Source: a virus. From it: DNA of 64,000 bases. Each line of letters begins with the position of its first letter. The stretch's first letter is position 1. The stretch covers positions 1-64,000 of IMG/VR virus record IMGVR_UViG_3300028883_000007; one strand, given 5' to 3'. This document shows, one piece after another, positions 1-9,602 of this stretch. The translations under genes and the position numbers were made by a program. Under the pieces are notes generated by a model that was not told the DNA's origin, made no database searches, and worked only from the letters and a program-made list of their open reading frames with translations.

Positions 1-391
1 AACGAAAAGCTGCCGGAGAAGTTATCTCAACAGCATTACAGGGCTCACCTGCCCCTGATGGCTGAGAACAATTATATGTCCCTAAATTGGTCTCTTCTCC
101 TGAAAAGCTTCCTGTATCACTTCCTAAGACTTTGATACTATCAGGAAAGCCATTTTGAGTGCCCCCATTTCTGGCCCAGAAAATAAAAGACGCAACTGAA
201 ACGGCACTAAGAAAATCCCATTGAATCCAACAAGAGCCGTCAGATTGTGGACCATCGGAGTCTGAAAGCCAAGCGTCATCACTGTCTGTTAAAGTGCCAT
301 TCCAAGCTTTATAGCCATAAAAACTTGAATAATTTGATGACACTGTACAATTGGCTTTTATTGTATCCGATCCTACTAAAGTAATGGCCAT
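1..391 (-). CDS. Tail fibre / receptor-binding protein, N-terminal part only (gene runs off the left edge of the window)
   Basis: ATG at 391-389 is preceded by GAGGTG. I checked the frame by hand and found no stop down to nt 2. Translation MAITLVGSDTIKANCTVSS...DDAWLSDSDGPQSDGSCWIQWDF resembles the core of discoidin/F5-8 type C sugar-binding domains. It is absent from the ORF track because no stop lies in the window. Confidence 0.45.
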   Translation of the reverse strand, partial: MAITLVGSDTIKANCTVSSNYSSFYGYKAWNGTLTDSDDAWLSDSDGPQSDGSCWIQWDFLSAVSVASFIFWARNGGTQNGFPDSIKVLGSDTGSFSGEETNLGTYNCSQPSGAGEPCNAVEITSPAAFR

Positions 392-422
392 AATTCACCT
401 CAAATATTTAAACAGAAACGTT

Positions 423-1082
423 TTAAACAGAGACATCCTGTTGGGCCACATTCTGGATTTTAATGCCTGAAAGAGTAATCGGTTGTCCGGAAGATAAAGT
501 ATGGTCTTCTCCAAAATCAATCACTCCATCAACAGGCTTCTGGGCATGAGTATCGTTATAAATACAAGCCGCCCCTGTTGGTCCAACAGACCCTGTTGCA
601 GTTATCGTAATATCGGAAGACGTATATTCAGCTTGGTTGTTGGCTTCGTCCTCTGCCAATCCATCTGAACTCCCCGTCCCAAGTGTCTCCGGCCCTGTAT
701 ACCCGTTTTCTTGAGTTATTTCATCTTCACTGGTATTGTAACTCCAAAGTTCCCAAGTCGCACCATCATCAACAACTTCGTCTCCCCAATCGGCTCCAGA
801 AGAATCCTCCGGTGTTGGCCAAGTGGGTTCTCCTGAATCAGAAGTTCCTGCTGAAGTACAACGATAGAGATATCCGTTTTCCACAGTGGGTTTGCAGACG
901 TCTCCAACGCTATAAGCTGTTGTAGCTGCCCATGCTGTAGCATCCCACGCCTTGTGTTTATCCGGGTCAAAGGAGAAGGTGTCATTCATCAAGGCAACTT
1001 TAAAAGTATCCGAATCATAATCAATTTCTTTCGCCATTTCCAATAAACAAATATATACAGCCTTACTGCTTAAAACTGCCAT
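423..1082 (-). CDS. Small tail-fibre-associated protein carrying an NGYLYRC..AGTS..EPTWP..W cassette
   Basis: 219-aa ORF with a strong RBS, lying in the fibre gene block. Its acidic, W-rich sequence carries ENGYLYRCTSAGTSDSGEPTWP...DDGATWELW, which recurs inside the host-specificity protein. Confidence 0.5.
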   Translation of the reverse strand: MAVLSSKAVYICLLEMAKEIDYDSDTFKVALMNDTFSFDPDKHKAWDATAWAATTAYSVGDVCKPTVENGYLYRCTSAGTSDSGEPTWPTPEDSSGADWGDEVVDDGATWELWSYNTSEDEITQENGYTGPETLGTGSSDGLAEDEANNQAEYTSSDITITATGSVGPTGAACIYNDTHAQKPVDGVIDFGEDHTLSSGQPITLSGIKIQNVAQQDVSV

Positions 1083-1098
1083 TTTATTTTCTCCTTTT

Positions 1099-1833
1099 TT
1101 AAGCTATTTCAATCACGTCATAAGACGGAGCAAACATGATAATGTTGGAGGCCTCAGCCTCTCCTACTACCTGAACAAATTGTCCTGAACCGGATGGGGC
1201 TGTATGAGTTAGTACTCCTTGAGTTGCCGAAACAAAAAGAGGGCTTCCTGGAGTCCAACTCCAGGCATCATTTCTTATCTTCCCCCACCGGAGGATTTCT
1301 TTTTCTCCTGTACCTGTTGCCAAAGCAAGCCCCATACATCGCATTGTAGCAAGAGCATCCGCATCAGCTTCGTCTAAATGACCATCAGCAGAGAGACAGA
1401 GAGCCGCCCCTACTCCGACCCCATTTGTGTCCACCGTCATAGTATCAACAAAACCAACAGCCCCTAAATCCGCCAAGGTAACATTCAAATCCACTCTAGA
1501 GATTAAAGCATAAACCCAAGCCGAACCAGAGTAGCGCAAACGAACATTTTCATCAACGCACCATATAGTATGGTTAGTTACAGGAGAATAAAAATGCCAA
1601 GCCCCAGAGTAGTAATGAGCTATATCATTAACATCTGCTGTACTCCACCCATCTGCGGCAGAATCAACAATATAAACATCTCCGTTTGAAGGAGAAACAG
1701 GGGGACCAGAATTTGTTCTGGATAAGACTCTTACAAACATTGCCTCTATTTGACGCAATGCGGTATTGTGAGTCAGATATTTGGCCGACTGATTCTCAGT
1801 CATTTCATCCAAACTTAATATGTCCGTTGCCAT
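1099..1833 (-). CDS. DUF2793-like tail fibre / receptor-binding protein
   Basis: The N-terminus (NQSAKYLTHNTALRQIE...PP.SP.NGDVYIV...GW...IAHYYSGAWHFYSP) fits the DUF2793 pattern seen in GTA and related phage fibres. It sits immediately downstream of the host-specificity gene. Confidence 0.55.
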   Translation of the reverse strand: MATDILSLDEMTENQSAKYLTHNTALRQIEAMFVRVLSRTNSGPPVSPSNGDVYIVDSAADGWSTADVNDIAHYYSGAWHFYSPVTNHTIWCVDENVRLRYSGSAWVYALISRVDLNVTLADLGAVGFVDTMTVDTNGVGVGAALCLSADGHLDEADADALATMRCMGLALATGTGEKEILRWGKIRNDAWSWTPGSPLFVSATQGVLTHTAPSGSGQFVQVVGEAEASNIIMFAPSYDVIEIA

Positions 1834-1845
1834 AATCTTCTCCTT

Positions 1846-4800
1846 TTAAATTGTTGCTTCTCTTCCCGTCCCTCTTCCGACAGTATCTGATATTTGATAT
1901 ACAATTACCTTCACACTTGCTTGAGTGGAACCAAAATCTGTAGTCTGTTGAGCCGCTGTATATATTACTGATGTTGCCGAAGAAACTTCTATTGTTCTTT
2001 TTATTGTTGCCCCACTATAAACATCAATTTCATACTCCTCCGTGTTCTCCAACATTGGAGCTCCAGTTCCTGACCACCCAATAGAAGACCTTGACCGCCT
2101 CACCCATGATATCGTAAGGTTCCCACTACTATCTCTTTCTCCCTGAATATCAACAGGAGAAAAAGGAGCCAACACATTGCCTATACAAGTAAATTCAAAA
2201 GCCATCCCCGAAAGAAGAGAAACTCCAATGGGGGCCATTCTATATTTGATTTCCGTATCCAACTGAGAATCAGGAATGGTTTGAAGAAGGAGCTTGCTTT
2301 CTTCCAAGAGAATAAAAGCATCGTTTGCTTTGTGATTTGCTGTATTATGATCTGTCCCTTTTCTACCCCTTACAAGATTCGTGAGAGTATAAGACCCATC
2401 TGCATTCTGCACTACTCCGGAAAACCCAACAATCTCCCATCTCCCAGAAGTTCCTACTGCTGCATTATTTGTTCCTGAGAAAACCGATTCTAAGGTGGCC
2501 CCTGCCAAAGTCTTGCCATAAGAAGAAAGGACCACCGTCATGGAATTCCCTTCATCAACAACTGTCACTGGCCCATCGGCCAACTCATTGCTAACCGTTC
2601 CAACCGTCAACATATTTTCTATAGCATTTATATGCTCCCAAGTCTGGCCATCATCAATAGAACGATAAAGAAGAGTTGTTTTCCAACCCTCTTCAATGGC
2701 ATAAGCCCCGAAATAAAATGACAATTCATCTTTATATCCAATCAAAGACGGAAGATCTAAAAACACCGGATAAGAAAATGCTGGCTTACCAATATTTTGA
2801 GAGACGATAAACGGGGCCACACTTATACTATTAGATGTGTACGAAGCAGTATCTTCTGCCGCTGCTTCAATTTTTAAAATCAAAGGGAAAGAAACGTCTA
2901 CTTTAGAAATCAAGACCTTGTAAGTACTATCAATAGTTATAAGATCTCCCGGAGACAATTTTATATAATCAGTTGGAATCGCAATTTGATATTTTTTCCT
3001 TTGAACCCACATTGTTTCGAAAAGAGTTTCAACCGCCTGGAGAGCTTTTGTTGCCTGCATCACAATAGGGTATTCAAGCGTTTTGATGTTGTCTGTATTG
3101 ACAGCAGATTTACTCCGGGTGGCTGATTCTATTGCAGGCATATAATCGGCATCAAAATCTCTATACTCCAAAACAATTTTTAAAGGCAAAGAGCTTTCGT
3201 CTTCTATTTTTTCAATAATTGCTTCGGGTTGTTGCCCCCCTTGTTCATGCGCCGCAAGATCTCCCCATGGAATATTCGCAACAACAGATCCTCCTCTTTT
3301 TTTGCAAACAACTTTCCAATCTTGCTCCACAATATCAAACTGAAAAACTCTCATCAGAGGTTTTAAAAGTTCTTCTCCAGACATGACTCCTGTTCGAACA
3401 AAACCAATAGCAGTATCTCCAGAAAGATCTGTTACATCATACTGATCAGAAGTCAAACCGCAGTTTTCTAAAATATCAGCGACCATTTGGTCAACAGCCA
3501 TGGAGCTTCCCGTAAAAAGATCATACTCCATAGGAGTTATAGACCAAGGACCGCAAAGGGCCATTGTAATATAACCCATTCCAGTGGGAACAGCATCGGC
3601 ATAACTTCCCACTCCCAAGACGTTATTATCAAAATAAATTGCCTGCCCCGGCATATAAGAGGCTCCCGGTCCTTCTACTTCATTACTGACAACCGTAGAA
3701 GAATAAAGATCGTATTCAAAAACAACCTTACAAGAGCCCTTTGTCGCAATCGCTATTCCATCGTCAATAATATGAATATTGCTATAAGAAGCCCCAAGAT
3801 CCCTTTCCATCATTAGAGTACAAGAGTAACTTGGATAAGACGTTTCTTCACAAACCCACCGCTGAATTTTAGAACCATTGCCTGTTTCAAAATAATACTT
3901 GTAATGACCTGTTCCGGTTGCCGTTCTCCCGCGATAGAAAGAACACCAAGGCATGGACGGATAACCAAGACGAATTACTTCCTCAATATTGCAAGTCTCC
4001 GGAGGATAAGTATTTATCACATTAAAACAAGTTTCATTAAATCCCCATTCCGTGAACATAACCATAATGTGGTTTAGTTGGTTCGTCAGCGTACAATTCT
4101 CTTCGAAATGTCCTCCAACATCCGCATCGTTGATATTAACATTCCACATTAACTTAGCTCCATTCCCGTATGGGTCAGGAATCCCAGCCCATCTCTGTAA
4201 ATAAGCTGGATCAGAATAGGTGCCACCATCTTGAACACAAACTAAAATACCACCATCTACTTCCCTTAATCGTTGCAAACTGGGAGTCTTCCCAGCAGTA
4301 AAACGGGTGTCGTGATAGGAGTAACAAACCCAAACAGCATCACCATCCTCAACTGTTTCTCCCAAAGTAGTAGGCCAAGTGGGCTCTGTCATTCCAGCAG
4401 TACCACCACCACCAGAAATTGCACTATAAACATATCCATTTGGAGTTGTAGGGTGACACCAGTGCTGAGTCGTGAGTAAGAAACCATATTCACGAATAGT
4501 CATTCCAGGAGACCAAGCCCCTTGAGCAGCTTCTAAAGGATAAGGGATTCTGACCCCGTAATAGTCAGAATCAGAAGCGTCAGCAACTTCAAACTCAAGG
4601 TTGGGGATTCTGTTCGCAAAATCAGCCAACTGCATATCTTCAAAAACAATATAACAAAGCCCACGATACCCTGGAACCTCTCCGGCACCCTCTACTGCCT
4701 CAATAATAGGATCTGCTTCTTGGGTTTCGGAACCCGGATAAAACGTAACAGAAGCAGACTTTGCCATGTTTAAATCTATCCCATAAGCAGAAATGCTGAC

Positions 4801-5175
4801 CCCTGACAAATCCCTCCGGTCATAAATCAATTTGCTATCTGCCCAAATTCTTCTTATCCCTTCAATCTCTCCTTTGCAAATAGCAACAGCGAAGGAGCAA
4901 GTGTATGAATAAGAGGTATAACTTGCTCCACCCTTCCCAACATCTTCTTCATGTTTATGCTCTTTTATACCTTCCGACCAAATTATATTTCCCGCCAAAC
5001 GAACAGAGCCCCAACAATCTCTAATCGGAGTGCCATAAACAGACCCTTGAACAGAAAGGTCTGTCATCTTTGGCCCCTCCGTATGAGTCTTGGGCTGAAG
5101 AATATAGCTAATAGCATATGTCGCTGCCATCTTCAGAAAAAAGGTTCCTGCCGCAGCTAAAAAGGCCATTGTCAT
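1846..5175 (-). CDS. Host-specificity / central tail tip protein (RcGTA g15-like, lambda J-like)
   Basis: 1109 aa. The N-terminus (GSVYGTPIRDCWGSVRLAGNIIWSEGIKE...YSYTCSFAVAICKGEIEGIRRIWAD) is typical of this family. It is the last gene of the DUF2460-DUF2163-NlpC/P60 series. Confidence 0.8.
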   Translation of the reverse strand: MTMAFLAAAGTFFLKMAATYAISYILQPKTHTEGPKMTDLSVQGSVYGTPIRDCWGSVRLAGNIIWSEGIKEHKHEEDVGKGGASYTSYSYTCSFAVAICKGEIEGIRRIWADSKLIYDRRDLSGVSISAYGIDLNMAKSASVTFYPGSETQEADPIIEAVEGAGEVPGYRGLCYIVFEDMQLADFANRIPNLEFEVADASDSDYYGVRIPYPLEAAQGAWSPGMTIREYGFLLTTQHWCHPTTPNGYVYSAISGGGGTAGMTEPTWPTTLGETVEDGDAVWVCYSYHDTRFTAGKTPSLQRLREVDGGILVCVQDGGTYSDPAYLQRWAGIPDPYGNGAKLMWNVNINDADVGGHFEENCTLTNQLNHIMVMFTEWGFNETCFNVINTYPPETCNIEEVIRLGYPSMPWCSFYRGRTATGTGHYKYYFETGNGSKIQRWVCEETSYPSYSCTLMMERDLGASYSNIHIIDDGIAIATKGSCKVVFEYDLYSSTVVSNEVEGPGASYMPGQAIYFDNNVLGVGSYADAVPTGMGYITMALCGPWSITPMEYDLFTGSSMAVDQMVADILENCGLTSDQYDVTDLSGDTAIGFVRTGVMSGEELLKPLMRVFQFDIVEQDWKVVCKKRGGSVVANIPWGDLAAHEQGGQQPEAIIEKIEDESSLPLKIVLEYRDFDADYMPAIESATRSKSAVNTDNIKTLEYPIVMQATKALQAVETLFETMWVQRKKYQIAIPTDYIKLSPGDLITIDSTYKVLISKVDVSFPLILKIEAAAEDTASYTSNSISVAPFIVSQNIGKPAFSYPVFLDLPSLIGYKDELSFYFGAYAIEEGWKTTLLYRSIDDGQTWEHINAIENMLTVGTVSNELADGPVTVVDEGNSMTVVLSSYGKTLAGATLESVFSGTNNAAVGTSGRWEIVGFSGVVQNADGSYTLTNLVRGRKGTDHNTANHKANDAFILLEESKLLLQTIPDSQLDTEIKYRMAPIGVSLLSGMAFEFTCIGNVLAPFSPVDIQGERDSSGNLTISWVRRSRSSIGWSGTGAPMLENTEEYEIDVYSGATIKRTIEVSSATSVIYTAAQQTTDFGSTQASVKVIVYQISDTVGRGTGREATI

Positions 5176-5612
5176 GGCATGTCCTCCTCTACTCCCGGAA
5201 TTTTATAAGCCTGTATCAATCTCCCCATCCATACATTCGCCAATCGGTGTTCAATTACTTTTCCCACCTTAGAATGACAATGGAGCATTCCCAATCCTCC
5301 TCCGTAATAATCAACGGCAATGGCGACATGCTGAGGGTGAACGTCTATTTTAAACAAAAGGGGGTCTCCGGGCCGAATTTCTTCTGGCTGTATCCTCTCC
5401 AAAACAGAATCCATTTGTTTTTTTAAAGAAAAGGTTTCGGGGTTTGTAGTATAGATCAATTGATCGTTGAATTTATCTCCAAGCCCTACTTCCCTTGCAA
5501 TATGAACAAGAGGGCCAGCACAATCAACACCAAGCCTATTTCTCCCCTGATGACGATAAGGAACCTCCAACCACTCTCTGGCCATTTTAACTATTTCGGA
5601 TCTTTTTATCAT
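5172..5612 (-). CDS. NlpC/P60-family cell-wall peptidase, tail-associated (RcGTA g14-like)
   Basis: Candidate catalytic Cys in GVDCAGPLVHIAREVGL and His in HPQHVAIAV. It overlaps both neighbouring genes by 4 nt. Confidence 0.75.
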   Translation of the reverse strand: MIKRSEIVKMAREWLEVPYRHQGRNRLGVDCAGPLVHIAREVGLGDKFNDQLIYTTNPETFSLKKQMDSVLERIQPEEIRPGDPLLFKIDVHPQHVAIAVDYYGGGLGMLHCHSKVGKVIEHRLANVWMGRLIQAYKIPGVEEDMP

Positions 5613-6463
5613 GAGTTAGCATCCGGATATTGGCTTGCCTCATCTCTACCGGGCAAGTGGGGTTCTCCCCTGAAATTGACAATATTATTACTGGCGAATT
5701 TTGTTTTGCAATCTGCCGGAGTACCACTACAGCCAGGAGTTGCAACAAATGTATCTCCTACCTGTACCGTATAAGGAAAATCAAAAAGGCATGTTATTTG
5801 ACCACTGCCAAAGTCTTTTACTTCCCTTGTAAGGCCTGCATTGTTACCAGTAGAAAATTCTATTGTACCATATTTGAAATAATGGTCCGCTTGCCCCAGA
5901 GAAGAGTCTGTAAAAATTTTGGTGCTCGTTACTCCAGTCACAGTTCCGTTTACTTGATAAGAAGCCTTAACCAGCCCACAACGAGAATCTCCAAAATCCG
6001 CCCGACATTTATAGCTGAACACTTCTCCAAGCTCAGTTTTAAGCAAATTCGCAATGCTCATCATCTCCGCATTCGCGCCAAATTCATTGACGTCAATATC
6101 CCCCAAATATCCGGAAACAAGTTTTACAATGCCTTGGGTAGTGTTATTATAATTAATCATAAAAAGACGAACAAAAGCATGGTCAAATTTACCTTTCTGG
6201 ATATCCTCTTTAGTAATATAATCATCGTCAAAGGCAATGCCAACCTCCAAATTATCCGCTTCTGTGCTGGCCACCTGTTCCAAATTGGTAAAAGAAGCCG
6301 CAGAAAAAGGGTCATAATCTATCCCGTCATAAGTAATAGTTCGGTCATGAGTAGTAAATGCAAAAACCTCTGCATCAGTTCTTGTGATGTCAAAACACAA
6401 AGCAACTGTTGTTAGGTCTTCTCCAAAATGAGCCTCAAGTTCAGAGGTTATACTTCTACTCAT
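5609..6463 (-). CDS. DUF2163 / BR0599-type distal tail protein (RcGTA g13-like)
   Basis: N-terminus L.AHF....TTVALCFDITRTD..VFAFTTHDR.ITYDGIDY and C-terminus CDK-like ..NFRGEPHLPG. Position is between the DUF2460 and NlpC/P60 genes. Confidence 0.7.
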   Translation of the reverse strand: MSRSITSELEAHFGEDLTTVALCFDITRTDAEVFAFTTHDRTITYDGIDYDPFSAASFTNLEQVASTEADNLEVGIAFDDDYITKEDIQKGKFDHAFVRLFMINYNNTTQGIVKLVSGYLGDIDVNEFGANAEMMSIANLLKTELGEVFSYKCRADFGDSRCGLVKASYQVNGTVTGVTSTKIFTDSSLGQADHYFKYGTIEFSTGNNAGLTREVKDFGSGQITCLFDFPYTVQVGDTFVATPGCSGTPADCKTKFASNNIVNFRGEPHLPGRDEASQYPDANS

Positions 6464-7326
6464 GTTTCATCCTCCTTTATTTCAATTACAGGGACAGAAA
6501 CCTCTCCTGTCTTATAACCCTGGAGGGTTACAGGGAGCTCATCTGTCTCTAATCTTGCATGCACATCAAATTCATAACCAGCCGTTACAACTGCCCCGTC
6601 GCTGGGCTGGCCATATTTTACACTCCCATCCACCGTTACATCCGGGATTTGTTCGGAGACATGAATTTCTGTTCTGCTATTACCGTCATCGTAAACAGTA
6701 GAGAAAACAGTATAAACCCCGTCATTGCCTGTGCTGCCTGCAATGGCAATGCTTGTCCCGTTTACAATATCTCCAGTATGGTCTCCCGCAATACAAAAGA
6801 AATCGTTCGAACTGGAGGCCTCCAAGGCTGTAACCGCCCAAGTACTTTGGGTGAAGGTGACAATCCCGGTATCTGTATCCACAGTGAAATTAGTTACTGA
6901 AGCCCCATTAACCGCCATAACAACAGTTCCGGAAACAGGTTTTGTGATGTTGCGAACCCGAGAAGCTGCTCCAAAGGAGTACGTCTTTTTCAGCTGAAAA
7001 TCAACAGTCTCTCCATCCCCGGCTGTTAAGGTTTGGTCCGTATTGGCAACATCGGAGTCAACCTTACACGATTTGTAATCTCCCCAATCTTTCCACCGAA
7101 AAGTATGAGCTCTACCAAGTACAACATGGAAGAAAGCAATCAAATCCTCCACATCAGACATCCGCTTTACTCCAGAAGAAGCATCATATTCATGTCTGGG
7201 GTATGCCCATTCAGCATTTCTCTTCTCCCTACCTGACCGCATAGAGATAACAGAGGTTTTATAAATCGGGCCGCCAGTAGAGCCAAAACTAATTGTGACC
7301 GGGAACCTTGTGTCAATAAAGCTCAT
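6460..7326 (-). CDS. DUF2460-family distal tail protein (RcGTA g12-like)
   Basis: N-terminus FIDTRFPVTISFGSTGGPIYKTSVISMRSGREKRNAEWAYPRHEYD matches the TIGR02217/DUF2460 signature. It lies directly downstream of the tape measure gene. Confidence 0.75.
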   Translation of the reverse strand: MSFIDTRFPVTISFGSTGGPIYKTSVISMRSGREKRNAEWAYPRHEYDASSGVKRMSDVEDLIAFFHVVLGRAHTFRWKDWGDYKSCKVDSDVANTDQTLTAGDGETVDFQLKKTYSFGAASRVRNITKPVSGTVVMAVNGASVTNFTVDTDTGIVTFTQSTWAVTALEASSSNDFFCIAGDHTGDIVNGTSIAIAGSTGNDGVYTVFSTVYDDGNSRTEIHVSEQIPDVTVDGSVKYGQPSDGAVVTAGYEFDVHARLETDELPVTLQGYKTGEVSVPVIEIKEDET

Positions 7327-9591
7327 TTATATTCCTCCCATTGCCCCAACCAAGGACCTTTTAAGTTGCCTTGTAGATTGTTTAGACAAGTTACCTTCCG
7401 GGGCTTGCACTGTAATATGGAAGGTGTTATTTTGCTCCCCTCTTGTGGTCTTAAGCCGTTCATTTAGGGTTCTCATTTTATCTTCCGTCAAAACTCCTTC
7501 CCCTTCCTCCAAAATAGCAGGGTATTCTCTTGGAATGAGACCTTTATGAAACTTTGGTGCTGAATTAAAAAGGCTGGCAGGCACTAAACGACCAGCGGAA
7601 GCTCTCCCCGCAATTCCTCCATCGTGAAAAAGGCCTGCAACTAAATCAATCCCTTTGCTTATAAGCCCACTTTTACCATCTCCACCACCCAAGTATTTCG
7701 TAAATTTCAACATCTCCTGCTGGATTAACATTTGGGTGATCATTTTGCCCCACTGAGCAAGGATTTCTTTAAAGGTTGCATCAGAACCCCAAAGCATATC
7801 ATTAAGAGTATTTGCAAATTTATTTCCCCAGCCATCAAACATATTGCTTTCTTGGGTTTGCTGCTTTTCGGTAAGTTTGCTTTTCTCCGCATCATACCAA
7901 GCATCCAAAGATTTTTTATCTGTTATATATTTGGAGTAATAATCATATCGCTTTTGAAGTTCTCTTAACTCCAGTTCGGTTTGAGACAAAGTTGCTTGCT
8001 GATACTCGTTATTAAATTCATTTAAAACAGATAAAAGCTCTTGCTGTCCTTGCTGGTTTATATTTTTTCTCTCCGCATTATACCATTCCTCCAACTGGGT
8101 TTTGTCTGTGATATACTTGGAGTAATAATCATATTGTTGTTGAAGCTGATAAAGTTCATAATCTGTCTGGGACAAGGTCGCCTGTTTATATGCATCTGTG
8201 AAGTTCTCCTGTGCATTCAACCTCATTTTTTCATACTCTGCTTGGGCATCCAACAAGGCTTGTTGTGCTTCGGAAATTCCTGTATCAACTTTAGAAGCAG
8301 GACCAAATTTTTTAAGTTTGTTCACAGGAGTAAGAGTTGCGCTTGGGCCACCCAACTGATCACTATCACTCTCCCCATAAAAAGAAGAGGCTACTGAATC
8401 AAAATCTCCACTGCCACGATCACCAACAGGGGCCAAGGCCTTAAGGGCTCCAGTATTCCAATCCCGTTCTCCCTTAAGTACGCTTTTAATCATTGCCAAA
8501 GCATGGGAGAATTCTTTGGAGTCTTTAACTGCTCGCTGAACAGAGAAGTCATAAGCAGAAAAGGTTTTATCTAAATTTGCCATTGCTTGGTTTATCATTA
8601 ACAGCATGGTGATAAACCGCCCAACAGGAGTCGCGCCTAATAACATTCTTCCAAGGATACCAGCCCCAGCCGCACCAATAACCTCTTTTGGTAAAGAGTT
8701 ATAGATATTTATCAAAGTACTTAAAACAGAGACAATTCCGGAAACTGCCGATTTAATATTGGCAATATACTCCGGGACTTTTTGCTTAATCAAATCCTTG
8801 TTGTTTTCAAGCCAGCCTTTTAACCCTTTATTAATTTCTCCTAATTCCTCTTTTAATAGGTCAAAGACTCCTGCCGCCATAACACTCCTTTGAATTTCGG
8901 CAATATAGCTTTTAAAGGTTGCTGTTAAACCCTGCCAAGAAGTCATTTGACGCTTTGCTGCCCCTCCAAAGTCTCTGTTCAACCCCTCCCAAATGGCGTC
9001 AATTACTTTTTCTATCTCCATGCCAGATTTTTGAACTTCTTCAACTGTCATCCCAAAAGCTTCTGTCAAATACTTACGAGCATTAATGCCAGATTCAGAC
9101 AGCTGATTAAGTTCTTCTGCGGAGAGTTTCCCAAGGGTCTGCATCTGACCCAATGCCCGGGAAATCCTTGGCAAGGTTTCCTCTCCAAAAATAGAAGCAG
9201 TATCGGTAAGAATTTGCATTTTTTCAATGGTAGGATTTAACCCCATTGCTTGCATTTTAACAAAGGAATCCACCGCTTGCTGAGTGTTAACGGGCATATC
9301 CAAAGCCCATTTATTTATCTTCTCCAAGGTCTCTGCCCCCTTGCCCTTTGTTAAAGCATCGAGCTTGACCTCCAATTGTTCAAAACTGGTGGCAGTTGCC
9401 AAAAAACCATTGGCTACTTTGGCAACTCCCCAACCAGCAAAAGACCACATTGCAACTCTCTTCAAGCTTTTAAACCTCGCCTCCATATTATGGGTGGAGG
9501 TTTTTACTTTTCTCTCGGCATAGTTAAGCCCTTTATCCAAGCCCTTTGTATCAACCCCGAGATAAGCCATTAAATGTCCAAGAGTTGCCAT
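7327..9591 (-). CDS. Tail tape measure protein
   Basis: 754 aa, helical and coiled-coil-rich. It contains an internal tandem repeat of about 45 aa (QATLSQT.YEL..LQ..YDYYSKYITDK...WY.AE). It follows the G/GT chaperone pair. Confidence 0.85.
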   Translation of the reverse strand: MATLGHLMAYLGVDTKGLDKGLNYAERKVKTSTHNMEARFKSLKRVAMWSFAGWGVAKVANGFLATATSFEQLEVKLDALTKGKGAETLEKINKWALDMPVNTQQAVDSFVKMQAMGLNPTIEKMQILTDTASIFGEETLPRISRALGQMQTLGKLSAEELNQLSESGINARKYLTEAFGMTVEEVQKSGMEIEKVIDAIWEGLNRDFGGAAKRQMTSWQGLTATFKSYIAEIQRSVMAAGVFDLLKEELGEINKGLKGWLENNKDLIKQKVPEYIANIKSAVSGIVSVLSTLINIYNSLPKEVIGAAGAGILGRMLLGATPVGRFITMLLMINQAMANLDKTFSAYDFSVQRAVKDSKEFSHALAMIKSVLKGERDWNTGALKALAPVGDRGSGDFDSVASSFYGESDSDQLGGPSATLTPVNKLKKFGPASKVDTGISEAQQALLDAQAEYEKMRLNAQENFTDAYKQATLSQTDYELYQLQQQYDYYSKYITDKTQLEEWYNAERKNINQQGQQELLSVLNEFNNEYQQATLSQTELELRELQKRYDYYSKYITDKKSLDAWYDAEKSKLTEKQQTQESNMFDGWGNKFANTLNDMLWGSDATFKEILAQWGKMITQMLIQQEMLKFTKYLGGGDGKSGLISKGIDLVAGLFHDGGIAGRASAGRLVPASLFNSAPKFHKGLIPREYPAILEEGEGVLTEDKMRTLNERLKTTRGEQNNTFHITVQAPEGNLSKQSTRQLKRSLVGAMGGI

Positions 9592-9602
9592 AGTGTTTTC
9601 TC

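Noticed and set aside
5630-6415. 261-aa plus-strand ORF.
   Set aside because: It is antisense to the DUF2163 distal tail gene. Its composition is Cys/Ile/Phe-rich nonsense-like, with no RBS.
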